Assembly: GCA_964508365.1 (NCBI GenBank)
Contig: CAZDTP010000032.1
Location: 9,344 to 44,492 of the forward strand
DNA: 35,149 nucleotides
Reading direction: 5' to 3'
Source: an uncultured archaeon
GTDB lineage: Archaea > Asgardarchaeota > Lokiarchaeia > Sigyniarchaeales > SOKP01
The notes under the pieces: generated by a model
What the model was told of the DNA's origin: nothing
What the model saw: the letters and a program-made list of their open reading frames with translations, nothing else
Databases searched by the model: none
Position numbers and translations under genes: made by a program
In this document: piece after piece, positions 1-8,345 of the stretch
Layout of the letters: each line of letters opens with the position of its first letter
Numbering within the stretch: position 1 is the stretch's first letter

Positions 1-129
1 TATGAATATTTGAAGTTTTATTAAAACCTTTTTCTAATATTATATTTTAAATAGTAAAATTTATCTTAAATTACACGTTTTAACAAGTATTTAATGCATT
101 ATGTCCTATTTAATGAGTTATAAAGTGAA

Positions 130-969
130 ATGATACCCTTAAAACTTGATATTCTTGAAAAGAGTGAACATAAATTAGTTTTAGTAGTTGAAGGAATTTC
201 AGTTGAAATGCTAAATGCTTTAAGACGAATAATGCTCACAGAAGTACCCGTAATGGCTATTGACGAAGTAATCATTTTGAAAAATGATTCTCCTTTATAT
301 GATGAGATTATTAGTCATAGACTTGGCTTAATACCCTTGAAAACTGATTTAGATGTGTATAAACTCCCTAGGGAGTGCGAATGTTCAGGTTATGGATGTC
401 CCCTCTGCCAAGTTTCCCTAACATGCGAAGTTACCAATACCACCAATGCTCCATTAGATATCTACTCAGGTGATTTAAAATCTAATGACCCTAAAATAGT
501 ACCGGTTGATAATTTTATCCCTATTGTCAAAATTGATAAAAACGATAAAGTTATTATCGAAGCTTATGCAATCTTAGGCTTGGCAAAAGACCATGCAAAA
601 TGGCAAGCTGTATCGAATGTAGCATATAGGCTTTATCCTGATGTAAAGTTCAATGCGAACGCACTTAAGGACGCAGAAGAGAATGATTTAATAATTAAAA
701 TGTGTCCTGAGAAGTTATTCGAACTAACTAGTAATGGATCACTCAAATTAAAGGATGATTACTGGAAATATTGCACTTTATGCAAGTCTTGTGAGAAAAA
801 CTCTGATGGTAAGATAAGTGTAAGTTCAAAGGAAGATATGTATATCTTTTCTATAGAGAGTGATGGTGTGCTGGATTATGATGTGTTAATTAAAAAAGTT
901 TTTGAGATCTATAACGAAAAGATCGATGAATTTGTAACAGAATTAGAGGAACTCGATATAGAATCCTAA
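130..969 (+). CDS. rpoD: DNA-directed RNA polymerase subunit D (Rpo3/Rpb3 homolog)
   Basis: LNALRRIMLTEVPVMAID, NDSPLYDEIISHRLGLIP and GLAKDHAKWQ motifs; CECSGYGCPLC Zn-type motif; CPE...CTLCKSC Fe-S motif; lies upstream of L18e-L13-S9 as in the conserved archaeal cluster. Confidence 0.97.
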   Translation: MIPLKLDILEKSEHKLVLVVEGISVEMLNALRRIMLTEVPVMAIDEVIILKNDSPLYDEIISHRLGLIPLKTDLDVYKLPRECECSGYGCPLCQVSLTCEVTNTTNAPLDIYSGDLKSNDPKIVPVDNFIPIVKIDKNDKVIIEAYAILGLAKDHAKWQAVSNVAYRLYPDVKFNANALKDAEENDLIIKMCPEKLFELTSNGSLKLKDDYWKYCTLCKSCEKNSDGKISVSSKEDMYIFSIESDGVLDYDVLIKKVFEIYNEKIDEFVTELEELDIES

Positions 970-972
970 TCA

Positions 973-988
973 ACCGCAAATTTATTAA
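973..988 (+). promoter_or_regulatory. Probable BRE + TATA promoter for the L18e-L13-S9 genes
   Basis: ACCGCAAA directly followed by TTTATTAA, resembling archaeal BRE-TATA (ACCGAAAA-TTTATATA type), about 60 nt upstream of the rpl18e ATG. Confidence 0.5.
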
Positions 989-1047
989 AATATTAAAAAT
1001 TTTAATGTTTATAATTTTTCAATTAAAAAGTAAAATGATTTAGTAGT

Positions 1048-1404
1048 ATGAGCCATCGCATTACAGGACCAAGTAACTATTACAATAGAAAGCTGATCCG
1101 AGAATTATGGAAAACTAAGCGGAGGATTTGGAAAAAGGTTTCAAAAAAGTTATCAGGTCCCCGAAGAGAGAGAATTGAAGCAAATCTCTATAGAATCAAC
1201 AAAAAAACCAAAGAAAATGAAGTTATTGTGGTTCCGGGCAAGGTATTAGGGATTGGCGAAATTGACCATAAGTTAACTATAGCTTGTTTAAATTGTTCCA
1301 AAACTGCTAAAAAAAAAATAGAAACTTCAGGAAGTAAGCTATTATCAATTGAGGAATTATTTGAACAAAATCCTGAAGGTAAAGATGTTAAAGTGTTTTA
1401 TTAG
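1048..1404 (+). CDS. rpl18e: 50S ribosomal protein L18e
   Basis: Basic 118 aa protein with IWKKVSKKLSGPRR..NLYRIN and VVPGKVLGIG motifs; position between rpoD and L13. Confidence 0.95.
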   Translation: MSHRITGPSNYYNRKLIRELWKTKRRIWKKVSKKLSGPRRERIEANLYRINKKTKENEVIVVPGKVLGIGEIDHKLTIACLNCSKTAKKKIETSGSKLLSIEELFEQNPEGKDVKVFY

Positions 1405-1426
1405 TAAAAAATAGAGTTGAGAATAG

Positions 1427-1897
1427 ATGCACGAATATCTTTTATTGAACGCTAAGGATAAAATTTTAGGAAGATTTTGTAGCCAAGTAGCTAAAAAGGC
1501 ATTATTAGGTGAAAAAATCGTCATTATAAATGCTAAAGACGCAATCATAAGTGGTACTAAGAGTAATATTCACGAGAAATATCTAGAAAAACTGAATATT
1601 AGTACAGCAACTAATCCCAGGCGTGGTCCTTTCTGGCCTAGACGACCAGATACCTTTATGAGGAATATAATAAAAAAAATGCTCCCTACTAAAAAGATTA
1701 GAGGTAAAGAAGCTTTAAAAAGAGTTCATGTATATATCGGAGAAATTCCTGATCGCTTCCGAAAAAGGTATCAGACTTTAATTCCAACAGATATACCGAA
1801 TTCAGAAAAGAAAAGACTTTCTTATTACAACAAATTTATTACTCTAGAAAATCTTTGTACGAGAATTGGATGGAATAAATTAGAAATGGAGGCTTAA
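1427..1897 (+). CDS. rpl13: 50S ribosomal protein L13
   Basis: LNAKDKILGRFCSQVAKKALLGEKIVIINA, GPFWPRRPD and IKKMLP motifs of archaeal uL13. Confidence 0.96.
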   Translation: MHEYLLLNAKDKILGRFCSQVAKKALLGEKIVIINAKDAIISGTKSNIHEKYLEKLNISTATNPRRGPFWPRRPDTFMRNIIKKMLPTKKIRGKEALKRVHVYIGEIPDRFRKRYQTLIPTDIPNSEKKRLSYYNKFITLENLCTRIGWNKLEMEA

Positions 1898-1902
1898 TAA
1901 TT

Positions 1903-2319
1903 ATGTCTGAAAAAACAAAAGTAATACAGTCTTCAGGAAAGAGAAAAACAGCTATCGCTCGAGCAGTTTTAAAATATCCTGCTAAAGGACAGATAAAGAT
2001 AAATAATGTGCCTTTAGAAAATTATGAACCGGATATAGCAAGAATGCGTATTCAGGAAGTATTAGATGTAATCGACCACCCTAAAATAGAAAAATGTGAC
2101 ATTAATATTAGTGTAAAGGGTGGTGGAACAATGGGACAAACGGATGCAGTTCGAATAGCAATCGCTAAATCTTTAAATAAATTTATTGGAACGAAAACAA
2201 TCGAAAAAACTTTCAGAGAATACGATGAATCTCTACTCTCAGGAGATTCAAGAAGGACTGAACCTAAACATTTTGGGGGAAAAAAAGCAAGAGCTAGACG
2301 TCAAAAATCGTTTAGATAG
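1903..2319 (+). CDS. rps9: 30S ribosomal protein S9
   Basis: SGKRKTAIARA, VKGGGTMGQTDAVRIAIAK and DSRRTEPKHFGGKKARARRQKSFR. Confidence 0.97.
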   Translation: MSEKTKVIQSSGKRKTAIARAVLKYPAKGQIKINNVPLENYEPDIARMRIQEVLDVIDHPKIEKCDINISVKGGGTMGQTDAVRIAIAKSLNKFIGTKTIEKTFREYDESLLSGDSRRTEPKHFGGKKARARRQKSFR

Positions 2320-2335
2320 CCTACCTTAAGGCAAA

Positions 2336-3670
2336 TTATTCTACTAATTCTACATTTGCTCCTAATTTTTTGATATGTTCTACGAAATTCGGATATGAAT
2401 CTTCCACAATCTCTATATCATCAATTTGGGATGGGCTTTGAGCAAACAAACTTGCTATAGTTAAAGCCATCGCAATTCTATGATCGTTTTCATGATTAAA
2501 TGAAGCTCCTCTTAATTCCTTGCAGTGATAAATTATGATCTTATCTTTTTCCTCTATCACTTTGACACCCATTTTACTTAGTTCTTTAGCAATTATCGAA
2601 ATTCGATCACTTTCTTTATTTCTAAGATTTAACGCATTGTATATTTCTGTCTTGCCCTTAGCAAATGCTCCGATAATAGATAAAATTGGAAATAAATCGG
2701 GAGTGTCTCTGATATCTATATTTATACCTGTTAAGGGATTTTGATTAATATTGCCATTTACAATAAGACTATTATTTTCTTTCATAATTTTTATATTCGC
2801 ACCCATCTTTTGTAAAATCTTAATAATTCCTTGATCACCTTGCGGTTTTTCAAAATTTAAATTTTTTATGATAACCTGTGATTCTTCAGGAGTTAATATT
2901 GTCGCAGCTAATATAAATGAAATCGAAGAAAAATCGCCAGGTATTTCGTACGTTTGCGCTCTATAGTTTTGTTTACATGAAATTAAATAAGAACCTACTT
3001 TCTCATCGTTTAAACGCTCTTGAATTTTAATGCCAAATGACCTTAATACATCCAAAGTGATTTTAATATATGGATAGGAGGTTATGGGAGATGTAATTTT
3101 TACAATCATTGAATCCCTTTTCTTACAATCTAACAAAGGACACATCATAAGTAGAGCTGAAATAAACTGAGAACTAATATCTCCGGGAATGTTTATAATA
3201 TCACATTTTTTGCCTTTTCGCTTTACAACTAAATCTTTTTCGGTTAATCTATAATTACATCCGATACTTTCTAATGCCTTTAGTAAAGGAATAATCGGTC
3301 GCCGCCTCTTTATGAATTCCCCTGTAAAAGACAACCCACCATCGATTAGCATTGCAAGTGCAGTAAATATTCTGATGGATGTGCCAGAATTCTGGCAATC
3401 TAACAATTTTTTAACTGGCTTGTAATTTCCATAGTTACTTTTAACAATGAAGGAATGGTTTGATGCTTTTGAAACTTTATGACCTAATGCTTCTAAGATT
3501 TTAATCGTCACGCCAACATCACCAGAAATTAAAGGATTTTTAATGATTGAAACGCCTTTTGTTAAGCTAGAAACGATAAAAACACGATGAGAATAACTCT
3601 TAGAAGGTGGAGCATTTATGGTACCAATAAGTTTTTTAGTTGGAGCTATTCTAAGCTTCATTTTTTTCAT
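2336..3670 (-). CDS. aroA: 3-phosphoshikimate 1-carboxyvinyltransferase (EPSP synthase)
   Basis: PSKSYSHR, NSGTSIR, SSQFISALL, PGDFSS, KESDRI and NDHRIAM motifs. Confidence 0.95.
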   Translation of the reverse strand: MKKMKLRIAPTKKLIGTINAPPSKSYSHRVFIVSSLTKGVSIIKNPLISGDVGVTIKILEALGHKVSKASNHSFIVKSNYGNYKPVKKLLDCQNSGTSIRIFTALAMLIDGGLSFTGEFIKRRRPIIPLLKALESIGCNYRLTEKDLVVKRKGKKCDIINIPGDISSQFISALLMMCPLLDCKKRDSMIVKITSPITSYPYIKITLDVLRSFGIKIQERLNDEKVGSYLISCKQNYRAQTYEIPGDFSSISFILAATILTPEESQVIIKNLNFEKPQGDQGIIKILQKMGANIKIMKENNSLIVNGNINQNPLTGINIDIRDTPDLFPILSIIGAFAKGKTEIYNALNLRNKESDRISIIAKELSKMGVKVIEEKDKIIIYHCKELRGASFNHENDHRIAMALTIASLFAQSPSQIDDIEIVEDSYPNFVEHIKKLGANVELVE

Positions 3671-3865
3671 ATACTGAGTGATTTAAATAGATGCTAAGTA
3701 AAATTAAATGAAAGCTTTGATTATAATTTTGTTTTTATTAGTGTAATAAGTTTAAATAGAGATGGATGACATAAATTATAAGATTCATAAAACATAATAG
3801 ATGCAGACTACTCATTATATATTAATTGATTTATATGGTGAGTATGGTTCAAACATATCACACAT

Positions 3866-4987
3866 TTGATGGTTATAATGGGAGATAACACGTTAGGAAC
3901 AAGATTTAAAATTTCTTCGTTTGGAGAGAGTCATGGTAAAGTAATTGGAGTTTTGATTGATGGTACGCCCGCGGGATTAAATTTTGATTTAGATTTTATT
4001 CAGCATGAATTAGATAAACGAAAACCTGGACAATCGCACCTAACGACAGCCCGGAAAGAATTAGATAAAGTAGAGGTTCTATCGGGAATTTTTAATGATA
4101 AAACAACTGGTGCTCCAATTTGTTTAATCATCAAAAATAAATCGTTTGATTCAATAAAATACGATAAATTTAAAGAACTATTAAGACCTTCTCATGTAGA
4201 TTATGTTTTAATAAAGAAATATGGTGGATTTGCTGATTATCGTGGATCAGGAAGGTTCTCAGGGAGGATAACTGCTGGATTTGTCATGGCAGGTGCAATC
4301 GCGAAACTGATTTTAAACAAATTCAGTATCTCTATTTTTGCATATACAGAGAGTATTGGGAAAATTATAGACCCTACTGAGTATTCTACTGATAATATTG
4401 AGCAACTTACTAAGATTAGGGAAGAATCTCCTGTAAGATCTCTAAATGGAAAATTTTCACTGAAAATGGAAAATGAAGTCGAACATATCAAAGATTCAAA
4501 GGACTCAGTAGGTGGAAGCATAAAGTGTATCGTTAAAAATCTTCCCCCAGGTATTGGTGGACCAATCTTCAATAGCCTTGAATCTAAGATTAGCAGAGCT
4601 ATTTTTGCGATTCCGGCAATAAAAGGCATAGAATTTGGTGCTGGTTTTAAAGCCGTGAATATGAGAGGATCAGAACACAATGATCCTTGGATTATAAAAA
4701 ATGGGGAGGTAGCAACCTTAAAAAATGATTCTGGGGGCATTATAGGAGGTATTTCTACAGGAATGCCGTTAAATTTGCGAGTTGCTATAAAACCAACAGC
4801 ATCTATAGGAATACCACAAAAAACTGTCAACATTAGAACTATGAAAGAAACTGAGATTGCGTTAGAAGGAGACCATGACCCTTGCATAGTTCCTAGAGCA
4901 GTTGTAATAGTAGAATCAATATTAGCAATTGTACTATTAGATCAATTATTAATTGAAGGTTTTATTCCAACCGTATTGAATAGCTAA
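3866..4987 (+). CDS. aroC: Chorismate synthase (true start may be the ATG at 3869 or 3878)
   Basis: FGESHG, RKPGQS...R.E.D, RPSHVD, GRFSGRIT, IPAIKGIEFGAG, GGIIGGISTG and HDPCIVPRA; divergent from aroA. Confidence 0.95.
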   Translation: MMVIMGDNTLGTRFKISSFGESHGKVIGVLIDGTPAGLNFDLDFIQHELDKRKPGQSHLTTARKELDKVEVLSGIFNDKTTGAPICLIIKNKSFDSIKYDKFKELLRPSHVDYVLIKKYGGFADYRGSGRFSGRITAGFVMAGAIAKLILNKFSISIFAYTESIGKIIDPTEYSTDNIEQLTKIREESPVRSLNGKFSLKMENEVEHIKDSKDSVGGSIKCIVKNLPPGIGGPIFNSLESKISRAIFAIPAIKGIEFGAGFKAVNMRGSEHNDPWIIKNGEVATLKNDSGGIIGGISTGMPLNLRVAIKPTASIGIPQKTVNIRTMKETEIALEGDHDPCIVPRAVVIVESILAIVLLDQLLIEGFIPTVLNS

Positions 4988-5161
4988 TAGAGAATAGAGG
5001 GTAAAATATCGCTCGCGTTTCCTATGGAAATAATATCATCAGACATTTTAACTTTGAGTAATTATAAAAATCTTATTTATTTTTTATAGATAGTGTGTTA
5101 TTTTATAACTATAATAAGATAATCCTAGTAAAATAGCGTTTTATCAAAAGAGAAATAGAAA

Positions 5162-6625
5162 ATGAACGAAGAAGAAGAAAAAACTCAGACTGCGATTTTA
5201 ATTGGAGCCGGAAATAGAGGAATGACTGTTTATGGTAATTATGCTTTAAGATATCCTAAAAAATTAAATTTTATCGCTGTTGCAGAGCCAATTACCTATA
5301 GGAGAGAGAAGTTTGCAAAACTTCATAATATTCCTTTAGAGCGTTGCTATGATAGTTGGGAGCCCATTTTAAGAGAGAACAAGTTTGCTGATCTTATTTT
5401 CGTCTGTACTCAAGACCAAATGCATGTGGAACCTACTTTAAAAGCTCTCGATAAAGGTTATGATATTTTATTGGAAAAACCTATGGCACATACTCTCGAA
5501 GGCTGTTATAAAATCGTAGATCGGGTTAAAAAAACAGGAAGAATTTTAGGAGTTTGCCACGTTCTAAGATACACTGCTTTTTTTTCAACAATTAAGAATG
5601 CAATTCGTGAGGGCTCATTAGGAAATCTTATTAACATTTCACATAGAGAAAATGTCAGTTGGTATCACATGGCACATAGTTTTGTTAGGGGAAACTGGCG
5701 GAATGCTAATGAAGCGTCCCCTATGATACTTGCAAAATGCTGTCATGATTTAGATTTGCTTTTTTGGATGGTAGGAGCTTTACCAAAAAAAATAAGTTCG
5801 TTTGGAAGTCTACTACATTTTAGAATAATAAATGCTCCTAAAAATTCTCCAGATTATTGTGTGGAAGGATGTCCTATAGAAGATATTTGTTTATATTACG
5901 CTCCAAGAATATATATTGACATCGTACCTATAACTCAAATCTTAGAAAAAAGTGAAATAACCTTTTTTAAATTTCTCGCTAATTTAAGAAAAAAACATAA
6001 AAAAGTATTAGCGATACTAAGTAGGCTAATCAAACTATTAAAAAGTTTAAGATATTGGAGAGATTGGCCAGTAGAACCACTATATTCTGGACTACCTGAA
6101 GAAGCGAGTGAAGATTATTCTGATGAAACTAAAATGAGAATATTAAAAACGAGTCCTTACGGAAGGTGTGTATATAAGTGCGATAATAATGTAATTGACC
6201 ATCAAGTAGTAAATATTGAATTTGAAAATAATGTTACTGCGAATCTTATAGTACATGGATTTAGTGAGAGAGAGGGGAGGACTTTGCGAATAGATGGAAC
6301 AAAAGCTACTTTAATTGGAGAATTCTTTGATTCCGGGCAGAAAATTACAGTTTATAATCATTTTACGGGCACATCTAAAGTGATTTTTTCTGAAAAACTA
6401 TCAATTAATTATTCTGGTCATGGAGGAGGTGATTTTTCTTTAATTGATTCTTTTTTAGAAACGCTTACCAACCAAGAAAAGACTCAACCTTTAACAAACG
6501 CCGACGATACTATTGAAAGTCATCTCATGGCTTTTGCTGCTAATGAATCCAGGTTGAAAGCAAAAGTAATTGAAATGGATGAGTTCCGAACTAGATTAGT
6601 TAAATCGAAAAATACAAATTTTTAA
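5162..6625 (+). CDS. Gfo/Idh/MocA family NAD(P)-dependent oxidoreductase
   Basis: IGAGNRG Rossmann motif, LLEKPMA, HVLRY, HSFVRGNWR, LAKCCHDLD and GHGGGD. Confidence 0.9.
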   Translation: MNEEEEKTQTAILIGAGNRGMTVYGNYALRYPKKLNFIAVAEPITYRREKFAKLHNIPLERCYDSWEPILRENKFADLIFVCTQDQMHVEPTLKALDKGYDILLEKPMAHTLEGCYKIVDRVKKTGRILGVCHVLRYTAFFSTIKNAIREGSLGNLINISHRENVSWYHMAHSFVRGNWRNANEASPMILAKCCHDLDLLFWMVGALPKKISSFGSLLHFRIINAPKNSPDYCVEGCPIEDICLYYAPRIYIDIVPITQILEKSEITFFKFLANLRKKHKKVLAILSRLIKLLKSLRYWRDWPVEPLYSGLPEEASEDYSDETKMRILKTSPYGRCVYKCDNNVIDHQVVNIEFENNVTANLIVHGFSEREGRTLRIDGTKATLIGEFFDSGQKITVYNHFTGTSKVIFSEKLSINYSGHGGGDFSLIDSFLETLTNQEKTQPLTNADDTIESHLMAFAANESRLKAKVIEMDEFRTRLVKSKNTNF

Positions 6626-6668
6626 TTTATCTAGCTTTATTAGATAATTATACCTATAAAAAAACAAT

Positions 6669-6914
6669 GTGTTTAATATGAGTTGGAAAATCGATACTGC
6701 TGGACAGTTCATAGAGTTCTATGTTAAGAAAGGGCATTATTTAGTTGAACTTTCAGAAAACCACTTTAAGAATAAAGAATACAAAAAATGTCTTGAGCTA
6801 CTTTCGCAAGCACACGGAATGTTTGAAAAAGGAGGCGCCAAAGATGAAGCGGAGAAGGTAAAAGTTAAGTTTAATGACATAAAAAACAACTTCTTCACAA
6901 GCACTAAAACTTAG
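6669..6914 (+). CDS. Small alpha-helical hypothetical protein (TPR-like hairpin); likely start at ATG 6678
   Basis: Fills the gap after the oxidoreductase; helical pattern KGHYLVELSENHFKNKEYKKCLELLSQAHGMFEKGG resembles a TPR/SNAP-type repeat. Confidence 0.6.
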   Translation: MFNMSWKIDTAGQFIEFYVKKGHYLVELSENHFKNKEYKKCLELLSQAHGMFEKGGAKDEAEKVKVKFNDIKNNFFTSTKT

Positions 6915-7411
6915 TTTTTGGTCATATCTTGTATCCTTCTATTAATATCCGCTATATGTGGTCCATTCCAAAATACTTTTCTACATGTAGGATTAACACA
7001 TTGAAAAAATTCATTGTAGTTTAAAAAAGTTTCATGTTTCACTAAGTTTTTTATCAAAATCTTATTAGTAACTTCTTGAAGAGGTGAATTGCAAGTCGAG
7101 CATCTTGCATTCTGAATGTTAAAATTTAATTGCATTTTTAATTTTTGTTTAAGTTGATTTAAATACGAATATACTCCCTCCCCTTCAAGAAGAATTGCGT
7201 TGTCCATAGTATCCTTATAGAACGGGAGATCCTTAGTTATGACTATTCTGTTAGTTAATTGTGCGTATTCTTTTAAGTTATTATCAGGGACAGGATTAAT
7301 GTTATAGTATTCTATTAAATCGTTAGCATATACTGTATCATATCCAAAAATTCTTAAGAATCTCGTAAGTTTACCTAACATAGCATCTACAAGAAATTTC
7401 ATCCTTACCAT
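6911..7411 (-). CDS. Mut7-C RNase domain protein (DUF82, PIN-like plus Zn ribbon)
   Basis: KFLVDAMLGKLTRFLRIFGYDT, IVITKD, RCSTCN and C..CRKVFWNGPH. Confidence 0.92.
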   Translation of the reverse strand: MVRMKFLVDAMLGKLTRFLRIFGYDTVYANDLIEYYNINPVPDNNLKEYAQLTNRIVITKDLPFYKDTMDNAILLEGEGVYSYLNQLKQKLKMQLNFNIQNARCSTCNSPLQEVTNKILIKNLVKHETFLNYNEFFQCVNPTCRKVFWNGPHIADINRRIQDMTKN

Positions 7412-7469
7412 AAATATATTTAAGTTATTAAAAAATTATATAATTGTTATTTTTATATATTTTAAATTT

Positions 7470-8012
7470 ATGAGCAGATTTCAAGTGAATATTAATGATT
7501 TAATGAAGAAGGCTGCAGTATTTCATGGTCATTTATGCCCAGGTATTACTATTGGGGTGTTAGCAGCTAAATACGCCTTAGAACAAGGTTATGAACACTC
7601 TCTTGATGAAGAAATTATAGCAGTTGTAGAGACAGATAATTGCAGTGTAGACGCTCTCCAAGTATTATTAGGCACAACTTATGGTAAAGGAAATCTCGTG
7701 CATTTGGATTATGGTAAAAATAATTATAGTTTTTATAATAGAAAAACTCAGAAAGGAATAAGGTTAGCTTTGAAGAAAGAGATTTCAAATTTTGAAAATT
7801 TGTCGCGAGATGAAAAGATCCAAAAACTTCTTGAACTTGAGCCAGAAGTCGTTTTTGATATACGGGAAATCGAATTTAATCCTCCTGGTCTTGCCATGAT
7901 AGAGGAATCGGTTCCTTGTAAAATGTGTGGTGAACTTACTATGGAAAGTCGATTTATGAACTATGAAGGAAAGAATATTTGTATACCGTGTTATAAAGAA
8001 TTAAGAAAATAG
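7470..8012 (+). CDS. FmdE family protein with C-terminal C4 zinc finger
   Basis: FHGHLCPG, VETDNCSVDALQ, GTTYGKGNL and CKMCGE...CIPC. Confidence 0.9.
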   Translation: MSRFQVNINDLMKKAAVFHGHLCPGITIGVLAAKYALEQGYEHSLDEEIIAVVETDNCSVDALQVLLGTTYGKGNLVHLDYGKNNYSFYNRKTQKGIRLALKKEISNFENLSRDEKIQKLLELEPEVVFDIREIEFNPPGLAMIEESVPCKMCGELTMESRFMNYEGKNICIPCYKELRK

Positions 8013-8345
8013 AGGTACATGTTAACTTTTAAATATACCTAAATGAATCCTGAAATATGATGAAGAATCAATCTGCAATCAACCTAATCTCAGAGGATAA
8101 ATTTTTTTTCTTTAAAATAGATTGGGTTTTAAATCTCATAATATAATGTAATAATGGAGAAATTAAAGTTGCACTCAGTATTATTAAAGTAACAATTTTG
8201 AAACGAAAAGAAATTTAACAATTTTTAAATTATAATATTTGGCATTGTAAGAATATCAAATTTAAGGAAAGAAAAAGTATATTTCTGTTAGTTAATATGT
8301 ATCAAATGTAAGGAGAGAAATAATTATCATTTAATATGGGATGAT

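Noticed and set aside
3842-3858. GGTTCAAA suggesting a tRNA T-arm
   Set aside because: No acceptor, D or anticodon arms can be folded; kept only as a hairpin.
4237-4887. 216-aa minus-strand ORF and other long shadow ORFs (8381-8908, 25654-26103, 26833-27198, 22753-23094 and the remaining 60-95 aa overlapping ORFs)
   Set aside because: They lie antisense to, or in another frame of, genes with clear motifs and carry no recognisable motifs themselves.
8056-8096. ATGATGA box C-like sequence in the 333-nt spacer, a possible C/D sRNA
   Set aside because: No CTGA box D at a suitable distance (only CTGC and CAGA) and no terminal stem.
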